Below, piece after piece: positions 12,736 through 24,439 of a stretch of 64,000 bases of DNA (position 1 is the first letter of the stretch; every line of letters starts with the position of its first letter). The stretch lies in the NCBI RefSeq assembly GCF_006345805.1, contig NC_043007.1:68510001-68574000 (forward strand), read 5' to 3'. This DNA is from Octopus sinensis (taxonomy: Eukaryota). The notes under the pieces were generated by a model. It was not told where the DNA came from and ran no database searches. It worked only from the letters and a program-made list of their open reading frames with translations. Position numbers and translations under genes: made by a program.

Positions 12736-13324
12736 ACAACAATAATACCAATAATAATAATAATAACAACAATAATAGCAGTACCATGTCCTAATGCAGT
12801 ACCAGGCAGTGGCTCACATGGCTTCTCATCTTAACTGACTGAAAGTGTTATCATGTACATTGTTTTGTCTTGGTAGACAAGATGGGCTACAGAAAATATT
12901 CTGTTCAATAACACAGATTTGCTTGTCAGATGTTCGACCTTAACCAGTTGAGCATGTCCCTTAATGGCTAACGATATGTGCATCTCTGATCATGAGCAGG
13001 AGTAGTGGGGGAGCATCAGAGCTGTGTGTTGAAAGGAATTGTTAGAGGTTTAGATAATTCACCTTTGGAAACATGGGTGGTTCGTTCAACATCCTTAAAC
13101 AATCCTTATTAGGAGACCTTGGGCCCCACCTGCAAGATCATGTGCTGTTTATCTTGATATGAGATCACCATGTCGCGCACATATGGTTGTGATGCATGTG
13201 CCTGGTGTACCCTTATCAGACGGGTAGTCATGATGGGTATACTGGGCTTCGTATATTTTACCCCAGTGTCACTTTGATGGCTTGTACTGCTCTCCCACTC
13301 AATAATAATAATAATAATAATAAT

Positions 13325-13540
13325 AATCCTTTCTGTTGTAGATACAAGGCTTGAAATTTTGAGGATGAAGGATAGTGGATTACATCTTCCTCAGTCCTCA
13401 AATAGTACTTATTTAATCGACCCGAAAGGATAAAAAGTAAAGTCGACCTTGGAGGAATATGAACTCAGGATGTTGCGACGGGCGAAATACTGCTAGGCAT
13501 TTCATCTAGCGTGCTAACGATTTTACCAGCTCGCCGCCTT
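13325..13540 (-). mobile_element. tRNA-derived SINE (family A)
   Basis: Head at 13540, shared central domain, tail next to (AAT)n. Confidence 0.85.
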
Positions 13541-13599
13541 AACAATGTTAATAATTGTAATAATGGTTTCAAATTTTGGCTCATGGGAAGTAATTTTAG

Positions 13600-13920
13600 G
13601 AGTATTTTAACAACCCCAAAAGGATAAAAGTGAAAGTCAACCCCGGTGGAATTTGAACTTATAACGTAAAGACGGACAAAATGCCTCAAAGCATTTTGCC
13701 CGGAGTGCTAACGGTTCTACCAAATTACCTTCTTAAAAGCAATAACAATCCTTTTCAATAAAGGCACAAAGCCTGAAATTTTGTTGGAGCGGACTAATCA
13801 ATTACATGGCCTCCCGTTGTTTTACTAGTACTTAATATATCGACTTCGAAAAGGTGAAAGACAAAGTTGACCTCTGTGGAATTTGAACTCAGAACGTAAA
13901 GACGGACAAAATGCCGCATG
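13600..13920 (-). mobile_element. Two further degenerate family A SINE copies (about 13600-13735 and 13748-13920)
   Basis: Repeated GTCRACC..GGAATTTGAACT..AACGTAAAGACGGACAAAATGCC blocks. Confidence 0.75.
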
Positions 13921-13960
<40 letters not shown>

Positions 13961-14343
13961 GTTTTTTCCTTCTTTCTTCAAATTTTCTTCCGTTTCTCGC
14001 CGAGTGTTTTCCATACACCTAGGGCAGAGAAGCTCATTGTATGCATTCCCAGATTACACACGCAAATTCACAGATAAAATATGTATTTAAAAATTAATAA
14101 ATAAATAAATTCATGGATGGATGTTGTTTTCACAGTGATAATGCTCTTCGCAGTACATGAGCCGTTCCAGTAAACACGATTTTTTGCACTTCCTGTAGGG
14201 ATAGTAAGCCTGGAATCATTTTCAAATAGGTTTCAGTACTTTTTTTGTTATCATTCCTTGAGATCCTACAATCACTGGGACTGTAGTCGCCTTGAGATGC
14301 CACATTTTTTCAATTTCTATTAGCAGGTCTTTATATTTACTAA

Positions 14344-14377
<34 letters not shown>

Positions 14378-15974
14378 TCAATTATAATGCATCGATAACG
14401 CTTAATGGAAAAACAAGAGAATACAAAACACAAGCAGCCTGTACACACTGTTTAATGACCTGTTGTCGAAATCGGTCATATGGTAAAACAAAAATAATAG
14501 AGGTTGAAAACAAACTATAAATAGAAGTCAGAAACGTGCTTAGCATGTATCCTTATTAAGTAAGTTAATTTGATTGTAAAATCTTCTAGTTTTGCTACAG
14601 TTGTGGTTAAGATGCTGGGTTATTAATAGTGTTAGGGATAGTAGTTATTAGTGGTGTGTGGTGGATATGATGGTGGCGTGCTAATATAGTTGTGATGGTT
14701 GTAGAAGGAGTAGGTGCTGACAGTATTTGGTGTGTTGTGGATACTCATAGTAGTAGTGGTGGTGGTAGTAGTAATAGCAGCAATGGTGGTGGTGGTAGTA
14801 ATAATGATAGCAGCAGTAGTGGTGGTACTGGTGGAGTGGTAGAATAGATAATGGATAACTAATGTTAATGGAGCAGGTGGTCTACAGTCGTGTGAGTTAT
14901 GGAGACGGTAGCAGTTATTGTTGTAGTTGTTATTACTGGTCGCAGTGGTGGTTTACCAAAAGTTAGCCTTCATAGAAGAGATATATGATCCAAGAAACTT
15001 CCAGCTATGACTACAACGTTTCCTTATCGAGAATTCTGTACAGAAAAGTATTTTTAAAGAGCCAGTTCTTCTTCAAAGATGGTAAGGAATAAAGTGATTT
15101 GATGGAGATTTGACTGCTCTTTCTACAGTGTGAGCTACCATGTAGAGGCTTCCTCAGTCGATAAACCATATATTATGCTTTATCTTATGATACGGTCGCG
15201 TTGCTCACTCGTTTGTTATTTCCTGCAACTCATTCCGTATATATTATTGTTGTTGTTGCTACGTAGCCCAAGGTCAATTATGATTAACAAGGAGTTATAA
15301 GTTCCCAGCAAAAATCATGACATCTATTCCCCATACGGTGAGGGCGGGGGCGAAGACAGACAAAGAGAGAGAGAGAGAGAGAGAAAGAAAAGAGGGGGAC
15401 AAAGAAATTTAGGGAGAGTTGATGTTTTTATTAAAAGTAGTAGTGTTGATTAGGAGAAATAATAAGTGAAAGAGAAAGAGTGGGTATGTGAGAGAAAGAG
15501 GGACTGAAAACTGAACCAACATACTGGACTAAAAAGTTGAACAAAATTCATTTACACATATTTAGGTTTTTGTAATGGTAATGGGTTGATAGTAATAATA
15601 TGAACTGTAGTTGTGACAGAGGCAGAGGCAGCTGTAATGATGATGCTGGTGATGGTAGCCGACGTGGTCAAGGATGACGGTGAGAGTAAGTGATGTGAAA
15701 GACAGGGGTGTTGGCAGTGAAGTTAAAGGTATTGATGGTGTTGGCGTCAGAAGTCTCAATGGTGTGTGTATGACAGATGGTGGTGGTACTGCTGTTTATC
15801 ACGCAGCTTTGCAGTAAGTACCAAGTCGACAAATTATATCATTGCTTTGATGAAAATTGCTCATTGCTTGAAAAACATTGTTCAAGTTTAATAAAATTTA
15901 ATATGTTCTCAATGCATGAAGTGTAATTTTGGGGAACAAGGCCTAATGAAGTGTCCTCCACAGGAGCTAGCTTA

Positions 15975-16006
15975 AAAACCGCCTAATAGTGCGGCTTGTA
16001 AGCTAG
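15975..16006 (+). mobile_element. Helitron-like 3' terminus
   Basis: Hairpin CCGC-ctaatagt-GCGG followed about 8 nt later by CTAG|T. The 5' end was not located. Confidence 0.4.
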
Positions 16007-16581
16007 TAAATAATAAATAAAAATATGTGAAAACCACTAAAAATATTCTCTAATGCCAATATACGACCATACGGATTAAAAATATATGGGAGACACTACA
16101 TAAAAAAAAAACTATGTACATACAACGAATTAGAGAGAAAAGCCCGTGTAAACCACCGTTTACCCCGGTTTGTCCATTTACGTGGGAGCTCTGGGTAAAA
16201 TGTTATAATGTATGACCATCCTTGGGAGATAAGTAATGTGAGTGTAAAGAAGGTCGGTTGAGAACTGTAGAAATGTATGTGTTAGTCAATATACACACAT
16301 ACTATGATTGATATATATTAGATATATATAAGACGACGTTTATCTCTGTGTACTTTCATTAAGGCGATGGTATTTGATTTGAGGCAGATTATGGTTGCTA
16401 CACGACAGCAAGAAGGAAATATTACATTCATGTCTTCATTCAAGACTGTGTGTAGTTGTAAGTATTTTTGTTAATAGAATGATGTGGCGGAAAATGCTGA
16501 ATGCATTACGTTTACAGGCCATGCCAAATCAGTTAAATCACTTTGGTGAGTGTTCTTGAACGAAAGGAATTCACTAGGAAT

Positions 16582-16945
16582 TGTCGCTCTTTCCTGTGTG
16601 AACTGTTTAAAAAATAAATATCTAATTGTACAGCTACCTTGAAATAAAGATGAAATACTAGGAGGTGAACAAAACTGCAGGAAGGGATCACGAGAAACAA
16701 AGGATGAATTGCCGATAGATTAGATAATTTTGAAGGAGTTACATTGACTTTAAGAAAGCATACAATATCGTGTATACTCGTGCATCCTTGCAAATACATC
16801 TTTAAATATCACTGGAAGTTATCGTTACTATCATTATACACATTTATACCAGGACAATGAATAATACGAATAAAAGTTAATCTAGTAAAACAAAATAACT
16901 AAATCGTTCCGCCCATGAAAAAAATTTAGCTCTACTGTACTAACG
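16582..16945. repeat. Left arm of a roughly 365-bp inverted duplication (partner 19183-19272 plus 20061-20322)
   Basis: 16582-16843 is a near-identical reverse complement of 20061-20322, and 16844-16945 matches 19183-19272. Confidence 0.9.
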
Positions 16946-17214
16946 TCATTCGTCTCTTATCAGAAGTAACGACTAGATTGAGATGAAACAATATACGTGT
17001 CGGTTGAAGGTAAGATAGAAGTGCATGGCTAAGTTGTTATGAAGTTAGCCCGAGTTTACTCCTATTAATACAAAAGAAAAAAATAACATTTGACAAATTT
17101 TTTAAACATTGTCTCTGTTGTTATTCTTTTACACTTATAAATATTGTTTGGCTGGGAGAATATATCATTATGAAGTCTCATTTGAACCCATATTGCATCT
17201 AGAAATATATTATA

Positions 17215-17609
17215 CTAGCAGTATCGCCCGGCGTTGCTCGGGTTTGTAAGGGAAATAATTATATAAGCATTTTTAGAGATGTAAAGTATAATAGCCATCT
17301 CAATATGGCTAACCACAAAGGGGGAGGGGTGTTACTGTAGCTTTTTACGTTCTGAGATTTAATAATAAATTTTAGAGAGTTACTTCCCTTATATATGTCA
17401 AAAATGGATTAAAAATGGGAAAAATTGATGGTAAATTTTTTTTTAAATCGTAGACTCATCGTAGACGCGCGGTAATACCCAGACGGTCTCTATATGAATC
17501 ACGACTATAAGATACCCGGTTTTGGTTAAACTGCACCGCAAAATGTGGGAGTAGTTAGGAATCTAAATCGTAGGAGACAGACACACAACCTCACTTTTAT
17601 ATATAAAGA
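17215..17609 (-). mobile_element. Non-autonomous Helitron, same family as 5490-5996
   Basis: On the minus strand: A|TC start at 17609 and the same ACAAACCCGAGCAACGCCGGGCGATACTGCTAG|T end. Confidence 0.85.
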
Positions 17610-17781
17610 TTTCCTCTATTTACATAATATTGAGGTCTCTTTCTTTCTTTTGTTATCTTACTGTTTTTACCAATATACATATATATATATATATAAATAT
17701 ATATATAGTTACAGAGATGTACTTGCATAGCAAGTGACTTGATCTGAGATCGTGTGCTAGAACGAAAACAGTTGCAGCTTT

Positions 17782-18019
17782 GAAGGTGTTTATAAGCCAT
17801 TTAAGAAACACAAAAAACCGTTAGATTCACTTCAACATTTAAATTTAATTTGTCAAAATATTTTCGTCGCTTTGAGACCGCGACCTGTTAGCACGATATT
17901 TTTGTCAGTGAACAGGTCGCGGTCTCAAAGCGACGAAAATATTTTGGCAAATTAAATTTAAATGTTGAAGTGAATGTAACGGTTTTTGTGTGTTTCTTAA
18001 ATGGCTTACAAACACCTTC
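17782..18019. mobile_element. Fold-back (inverted pseudo-LTR-like) insert
   Basis: About 108-bp inverted arms at 17782-17889 and 17911-18019 with a few mismatches and a 21-nt spacer. Lies between (TA)n tracts. Confidence 0.75.
17901..17951 (+). ncRNA. Minimal type I hammerhead-like motif with G3:C8 core
   Basis: Stem I TTTGTCA/TGGCAAA (TGACAAA in the other arm); core GTGAACA plus an extra G; stem II GTCGC/GCGAC; GAA; palindromic stem III AATATT; triplet UUU. Confidence 0.6.
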
Positions 18020-18039
18020 CACGCTGCAATATATATATA

Positions 18040-18315
18040 CACACATATATATATATGTATGTATGTATGTATGTGTGTATATGTGTATGCATGTATGTGT
18101 GTGTGTGAGCGTGTATGTGCTTGTGATTGTCCTCCACGAATGTTGGTTTGTTTACATCCCTGTCACCTAGTGGTTTGACAAAGGAAACAGATAGAATAAG
18201 TACAATGCTTACAAAAATAAAACTGGAGTTGATTCATTAAACTACAATTCTTCAAGGCATTGCCCCAGCATGGCCACAGACCAATGGCTGGAAAAAGCAG
18301 AAGAATAAAAGAATA
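18040..18315 (+). mobile_element. 3' half of a CORE-type SINE (family B) after its internal microsatellite
   Basis: GATAGAATAAGTAC..CCCAGCATGGCCACAG..AATAAAAGAATA tail shared with 19273-19470 and 60443-60600. Confidence 0.75.
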
Positions 18316-18382
18316 CATTCTCTGCTTTGGTCTTATGTTCAAGGCATGAGAAAGCTTGAGTTTACATGAGAAGGCCTAACAG

Positions 18383-18646
18383 ACCTGGTAGAAACAGCAG
18401 CCAAATCTCCCTCAAATCACACCTTACTGTCTTATGTATGTATATATATATGAGCCAATGAGGGGGACCTCTACATGGTAGCTAGACCTGGTAGAAATAG
18501 CAGCCAAATTTCCCCCAAATCACACCTTACTGTCTTATCTATGTATATATGTATGTATGAGCCTATGAGGGAGACCCCTACATGGCAGCTAGACATGGTA
18601 GAAATAGCAGCCAAATCTCCCTCAAATCACACCTTACTGTCTTATC
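18383..18646 (+). repeat. Tandem repeat, about 102-106 bp unit, 2.5 copies
   Basis: GACCTGGTAGAAAYAGCAGCCAAATYTCCCYCAAATCACACCTTACTGTCTTAT occurs three times. A diverged single copy lies near 56520-56560. Confidence 0.9.
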
Positions 18647-18959
18647 TTTCTGCTACTTGGATATAGGTGTTATATTCGTCGTAAAAAACTTTCCTGTCAC
18701 ACACTCACGCACACGCACACACACACACACACACACGCACCCTAACACACACACACACGCACACACACACACACACATACACTCACACACACGCACGTTA
18801 GCTTACAATTTTATTTATATATTTGCGTGTCTATGTGTGGAAAGAGGAAGTGGGAGGCAGAGTGAAAGAATCACTCACTACAGTAAGTGAATTTACTTTC
18901 ATTTTATTCGTTGCCCACTGTGTGTGTGCGTTTGCGTGTGGTGTAAACCAGACTAAGAA

Positions 18960-19165
18960 AAGCATTTGACACACACACCAGAATGTGAGTTTTCTGTAAA
19001 TTTTGCTTAATTGGAGTTTAAATTTTAAAAACTGGACCTGGCATGACGCGATGCATTGTACTCTTAAAATTGCTAGGTAAATTGTAATTGAAGAAATGCT
19101 ATATTGTAGATTTGTATAACTCCCAAAGGGAGGCAGATAAAATCTGCCTTTTATAATAAGAGATA
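18960..19165 (-). mobile_element. Possible 5' fragment of a second Helitron family
   Basis: Minus strand begins A|TCTCTTATTATAAAAGGCAG with an AGGCAGAT/ATCTGCCT hairpin. No 3' CTAG end found. Confidence 0.3.
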
Positions 19166-19272
19166 ATAATATAACCGTATTCGTTATACAGTAGAGTTAA
19201 TTTTTTTTTGTGTGGGGGGACGATTTAGTTATTTTGTTTACTAGATTAACTTTTATTGTCCTGGTATAAATA

Positions 19273-19504
19273 CTCTTTTACTTGTTTCAGTCATTTGACT
19301 GCGGCCATGCTGGAGTACCGCCTTTAGTCGAGCAAATCGACCCCAAGACTTATTCTTTGTAAGCCTAGGACTTATTCTATCGGTCTCTTTTGCCGAACCG
19401 CTAGTTACGGTGATGTAAACAGATCAGCATCGGATGTCAAGCGATGTGGGGGGGGGGGGGGCAAACACCGACACACAAACATATACACACACATACATAC
19501 ACAC

Positions 19505-19548
<44 letters not shown>

Positions 19549-20056
19549 ATATATATATAATAAGTGTAGGTGGTATACGAGTGGGTATATATTTATAAAA
19601 ACAAGTTTGAAAACGCCATTATTTAAGATAAATTTGAATTTTCTTAGAAATTTTACATGTTTCGGTTCTTCTTGAAAAAACGAGCCTTATCAAAAATATT
19701 TTTAAAAGTTAAGTGTAATAAAAAGTTCATAATTGTTTCTTACTAGTCTCAACTGAGTCCACGTGGTGGTTTTTTGTGAGGGGGAGCATAATAGCTGTCT
19801 TGTGTGTTGACTAGATTCGTTGGCTAAATGACCAGTGGCCGAAATTTCAAACACAGACACACAAAGATATACATACACATATATATATATATATACATAT
19901 ATATGCTGGGCTTCTTTCAGTTTGCGTCTGCCAAGTGCACTCAGAAGGCTTTGGTCGGCCCGAGGCTATAATAGACGACACTTGCTCAAGGTGCCACGCA
20001 GTGGGACTGAACCCAGAGCCATCTGGTTGGTAAGCAATCCACTTACCACCCCCCAC
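19273..20056 (-). mobile_element. CORE-type tRNA SINE (family B, OR1/OR2-like) with a nested insert in its internal microsatellite
   Basis: Minus-strand head GGGTTCAGTCCCACTGCGTGGCACCTTGAGCAAGTGTC (CORE-like), internal (TA/CA)n, tail CTCCAGCATGGCCGCAGTCAAATGACTGAAACAAG. Unrelated sequence is inserted at about 19560-19845. Confidence 0.85.
19650..19697 (-). ncRNA. Minimal type I hammerhead-like motif with U3:A8 core
   Basis: Minus strand: stem I ATTT/AAAT; core TTGATAA; stem II GGCTC/GAACC (one mismatch); GAA; palindromic stem III ACATGT; triplet GUA. Confidence 0.55.
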
Positions 20057-21469
20057 TTCTATGTGTATAATGATAGGAACGATAACTTCCAGTGATATTT
20101 AAAGATCTATTTGTAAGAATGCACGAGTATACACGATATTGTATACTTTCTTAAAGTCAATGTAAGTCCCTCAAAATTATCTAATCTATCGGCAATTCAT
20201 CCTTTGTTTCTCGTGATCCTTTCCTGCAGTTTTGTTCATCTCCTAGTAATTCATCTTTATTTCAAGGTAGTTGTACAATTAGATATTTATTTTTTAAACA
20301 GTTCACACAGGAAAGAGCGACAGTATAATTAGATTACAAAGTAGGCGCGAGAAGCAGTTATATGCGTAAATGTAATGTTACTACCAGTTGAAATAATTAG
20401 ATGTAATGTTATGTGGTCAGGTTAGTACCCCAATCTGCAAAGATGGCTAGAATGCAAATTTTAAAGCAAGACGATGCTATACAATCCACTGTTGCTCTTG
20501 TTCAACCGCTGTAGCCATCATTATGACCATGCTGTCAGTATCCCCAGAACAACAACCATTCAATCTCATCACCATCAATCATTATTTTAGAAAATTGAAA
20601 TTATCACTGAAGGTCAATATAAGAAAACAAAACCGTAATATATTCATATAAAACATAGTTGTTACTACCAATACGAAAGTATCTGTATCCATTCCACGTC
20701 CACTTTTACTTCTCTTCTATCACCACTATAATTAAATGTGAGATGACGATACATTAGATGAAACACGCATACATACCAATTATCAGTCGCCATCACTGAT
20801 AACGTGGAGTTTGATAATGGTGATGATAGTGGGAAGTAGCTGGAAATTGGTTGTTTACTCGAAAAAAGTTCTTAGCTGTATTTAAAAACATCTTGGTATG
20901 TTAACTCAGCAGAATTCTCTTCAACGGATAAAATTATTATAATGATAATGATTAAAAACTTACACGAAAGCCCGTATGTTTGTTATTGTGGCATATAGAT
21001 GCCAAGAAAGCAAAAAAAAAAACAAGAAGAGAGGAGAATATCGGATTCTTGCGTATTTGTCAAACCATGGTTTTTGAGAATAAAGTGAGAATGCACTATG
21101 CACTCATACCATCACAGCCACCACCACCACCAAAACCACCACCTCCACCACCGCCGCTCCCAAAACCACCGCCCCCGCCGCCGTCACCACCATCACCGCT
21201 GCTACCACCAAAAACAGCAAAGCTAGAGCAGCCAACACAATCATCACAGTTACCATCACCATAACTACAACAATAACACGTAGCACTACCACTACCGCCA
21301 AGAACACCACAACATTCAACATAATCAAAATAGCCAATGCACTCATCTTACATGAAGGCCCGTATGTTTGATAGTTTTTTTTGGCATATAAAATTTAAAA
21401 ACAAAACGAGCCCTTGCAAAACCGCTACAGCTTCTTTTTCAGAGCTTTTTTGCAAGTGGTAAGCTCCCA

Positions 21470-22985
21470 GTCAAATTGAAAGAGGGGGGTAATGTGCCCT
21501 ATCCATAAGGGAGGTAGCAGAGCAGATGCTAAAAATTATAGGCCTATCTCTCTGACCTCACACATCAGCAAAGTCATGGAACGAATAGTCCGTAAGAAAC
21601 TAATCATGTTCCTTGAAGAAAATGACTTGCTGTCTGACACCCAGCATGGATTTCGACCAGGTAGAGGCTGCCTAACACAGCTCCTACAACACTATGACTG
21701 GGTGTTGAAACAGCTACTAAATGGCTCAAATGTGGATGTAATATATCTCGACTTTGCAAAAGCCTTTGATAAGGTCGACCATGGTATGATCTGTCACAAA
21801 CTGCGTGGTCTCGGCATAGGCGGAAAACTTGGAGAGTGGCTGCACAACTTCCTAAAAGACAGAAAACAGGCAGTTGTGAGCAATGAAGCCACCTCCAAGG
21901 AAACGCAAATAACAAGCGGTGTCCCACAGAGCACTGTCTTGGGGCCACTGATGTTCATAGTGGCCTTTCAGACATGCCTTCAGTTGCTACGATGACCACC
22001 CTTGCTAGCTATGCAGATGAAACAAAAGTCTCCCACGCAATACAAAACCCTGAAATTATTGCGCATCTGCAACAGAAGTTGGACACAATATACAGGTGGA
22101 CTGAGGACAACAACATGCAGTTTAATGCAGGTAAGTTCCAGGCCCTGCGTTACTGGCACACAATGGTTAACGACATGCAGACTGGATACACTGGCCCAGG
22201 AAGAATTGCAATCCCTGAGTCAAAATCAGTGTTTGACCTGGGCATTGACATGAGCAATGATGCATCTTTCCAAGTGCATATTGCTAATCTGGTGATAAAA
22301 TGCAGACGGCTAGCTGGATGGATTCTCCGAACTTTCAGAACAAGAGAGAAGGAGACACTGATGGTCCTATGGAAAACATACGTCCTCAGCCGCTTGGACT
22401 ACTGCTCCCAACTGTGGTCACCACACAATATAAAACTAACAGCAGAACTCGAAGCAATTCAGAGAAGCTACACAAAGAAAATCGTCTCAATGCAAAATAT
22501 CAGCTACTGGGAAAGACTGAAGGTATTAAACCTCTTCTCCCTAGAGCGGAGGCGGGAGAGATATGCGGTGATATACATCTGGAAAATTTGGCATTCAAAG
22601 TTACCCCAACCGCAGAACGGGGTGCCACTGCATTGTGCCAAGGTTTCCAACATCACCATCAAAATACAGGTCCAGATACTGCAACAGCTTGGGTTTCAGA
22701 GGACCACAGCTCTTTAAGATCCTCCCTAAATGCTTGAGAGACTTACATGGTGTGGATGTGGGTTTCTTTAAAACTAAACTGGATCTCTTCTTGTCGGGAG
22801 TCCCAGATGAACCTACCTCACGACAGGAGACGCGGATGCGGGCAGCAGCATCGAACTCCCTTGTTGATCAAGTGCCACGTATCAGGGGTGGATTCACAAA
22901 TTAGTGTAGCTCATTCAGCGGTGGTGCCCCAGCATGGCCGCGGCCTTCGGGCTAAAACATTTTTAAGGATTTAAGGATTTAAGGG
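21470..22985 (+). mobile_element. 5'-truncated CR1-clade LINE (RT plus 3' end)
   Basis: NYRPISLTSHISKVMERIV, QHGFRPGR, YLDFAKAFDKVDH, GVPQSTVLGP, YADET and RLDYCSQLWSPH across frameshifted ORFs. (TTAAGGAT)n tail. Confidence 0.95.
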
Positions 22986-24119
22986 GAAATATTGGAAGCT
23001 TACGTATGTTAACCTATGGTTAGTGAGAATAAAGATTTACTATGATGATATTTAAAAACAAAATAAAACATAAATAGATATTACATATGAAAGCACTGAT
23101 GAAATTTTAAGAGTATGCTTAATGCAAGCCCTAGGAATTACATGGTGAGAGTAAAAGTTCCACCTCAGAATGTTCATAATAGTTGCTATGTACGATCGTA
23201 GGCTCCAGGAAGAGGTATAAGCTCGTAGTATTGTTATATGGGCAAATCGCGAATTGTGTCAATTTTCAGTAGTCGTACTTCTGGACAGCTGTTATTAGGG
23301 ATCGTACAGAAAGTTTTTATATACTTCCGTTAATGAGCTTAATGAGAAAATCTTAAAATTTGGCGAACGGTTAAACTGAAGTGTCTTAAATGTATCCTAC
23401 ATCAGAATATAACAAGCAATTCAGACTCATTGAATATGTTAAAAAGAAAGCCAGACAAGAACAATTATCGAGTGAAAGAAAGAAAAGTGTTCGACTGTGA
23501 GGATTAACAACTGGGTGTTATAGTATATGAATGACTGCAAAGCTTTACTAAGACTTGGGAATGAATAAACCTACAGTAAGAATAATTATAATAGACAGGG
23601 ACGACTGAATGGAGAATCCGTAGCACTACATCGATTTCTGAAGAAATATCAAAATAGCATGACACACGGAGCATCTTTTGTATTTCTCAATGGAGAATTG
23701 CAAGTAACGCAGAAATCCTCTAGGCCACATGGTTATTAAAACGAACGTTTTCGGTATCTACTTTGCAGTTAGAAAATATATACACCGTTCAAAAAACGGC
23801 TTCCTGCACTTGTTCTTTCGATGCTTATTATCCTGGTAGGTATTCACTGTGTCTTGATATAACCAATATTTTATTGTCGTTTTGCTTTTTGTTACTGCCA
23901 TCGTTTGAAGCGGTATACACTATGCGTTTGCTTCGAACCTTTTGTCAACCTGCAAAACATGGGGGGTTTTTACCGCACCATGTATAAGAAAATAATATTT
24001 CAGTTTATGCAGAAATAAATTCAAAATCATTTTATCAAATAAGTTGTAATCTGGATTTAAATTGTCGAAAGATAGCTTTAGTTTTTTTTAGAAGAAAACG
24101 CGAAATGAGCCTATATTCT

Positions 24120-24290
24120 ATTCTAGGCCCGAAATTTTGGGGGAGGGGGCGAGTCATATGTAATCGACTCCAGTACACAACTGGTACTTAGTTTATCGAC
24201 CCCGAAAAGATGAAAGGAAAAGTCGACCTCGGCGCAATTTGAACTCAGAACGTAAAGACTGACGAAATATCAATTTCTTTATTACCCACA
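24120..24290 (-). mobile_element. Family A SINE body lacking the head 5' end
   Basis: Shared central domain; junction to a second tail (ATTTCTTTATTACCCAC) at about 24270. Confidence 0.8.
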
Positions 24291-24439
24291 AAGAATGAGA
24301 CAAAATAACTGATTGGGGTCAGTAACACGTTATGATATTACTTAAATATGAATATAAAAATTATATAAAATATATAAGAATCGAATGAAATATACTATAC
24401 AAATATGACACAAATGTAGCGATGATCAGGCCACGCTCC

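Noticed and set aside
12790-13300. Sequence bracketed by (AAT)n tracts that looks like an interspersed repeat
   Set aside because: Single copy in the window and no diagnostic motif; cannot be classified from the sequence alone.
20980-21346. Proline-rich, extensin-like ORF
   Set aside because: Derives from a degenerate (CCA/CCG)n tract between two short direct repeats (about 20950 and 21350); no convincing start, splice sites or domain.
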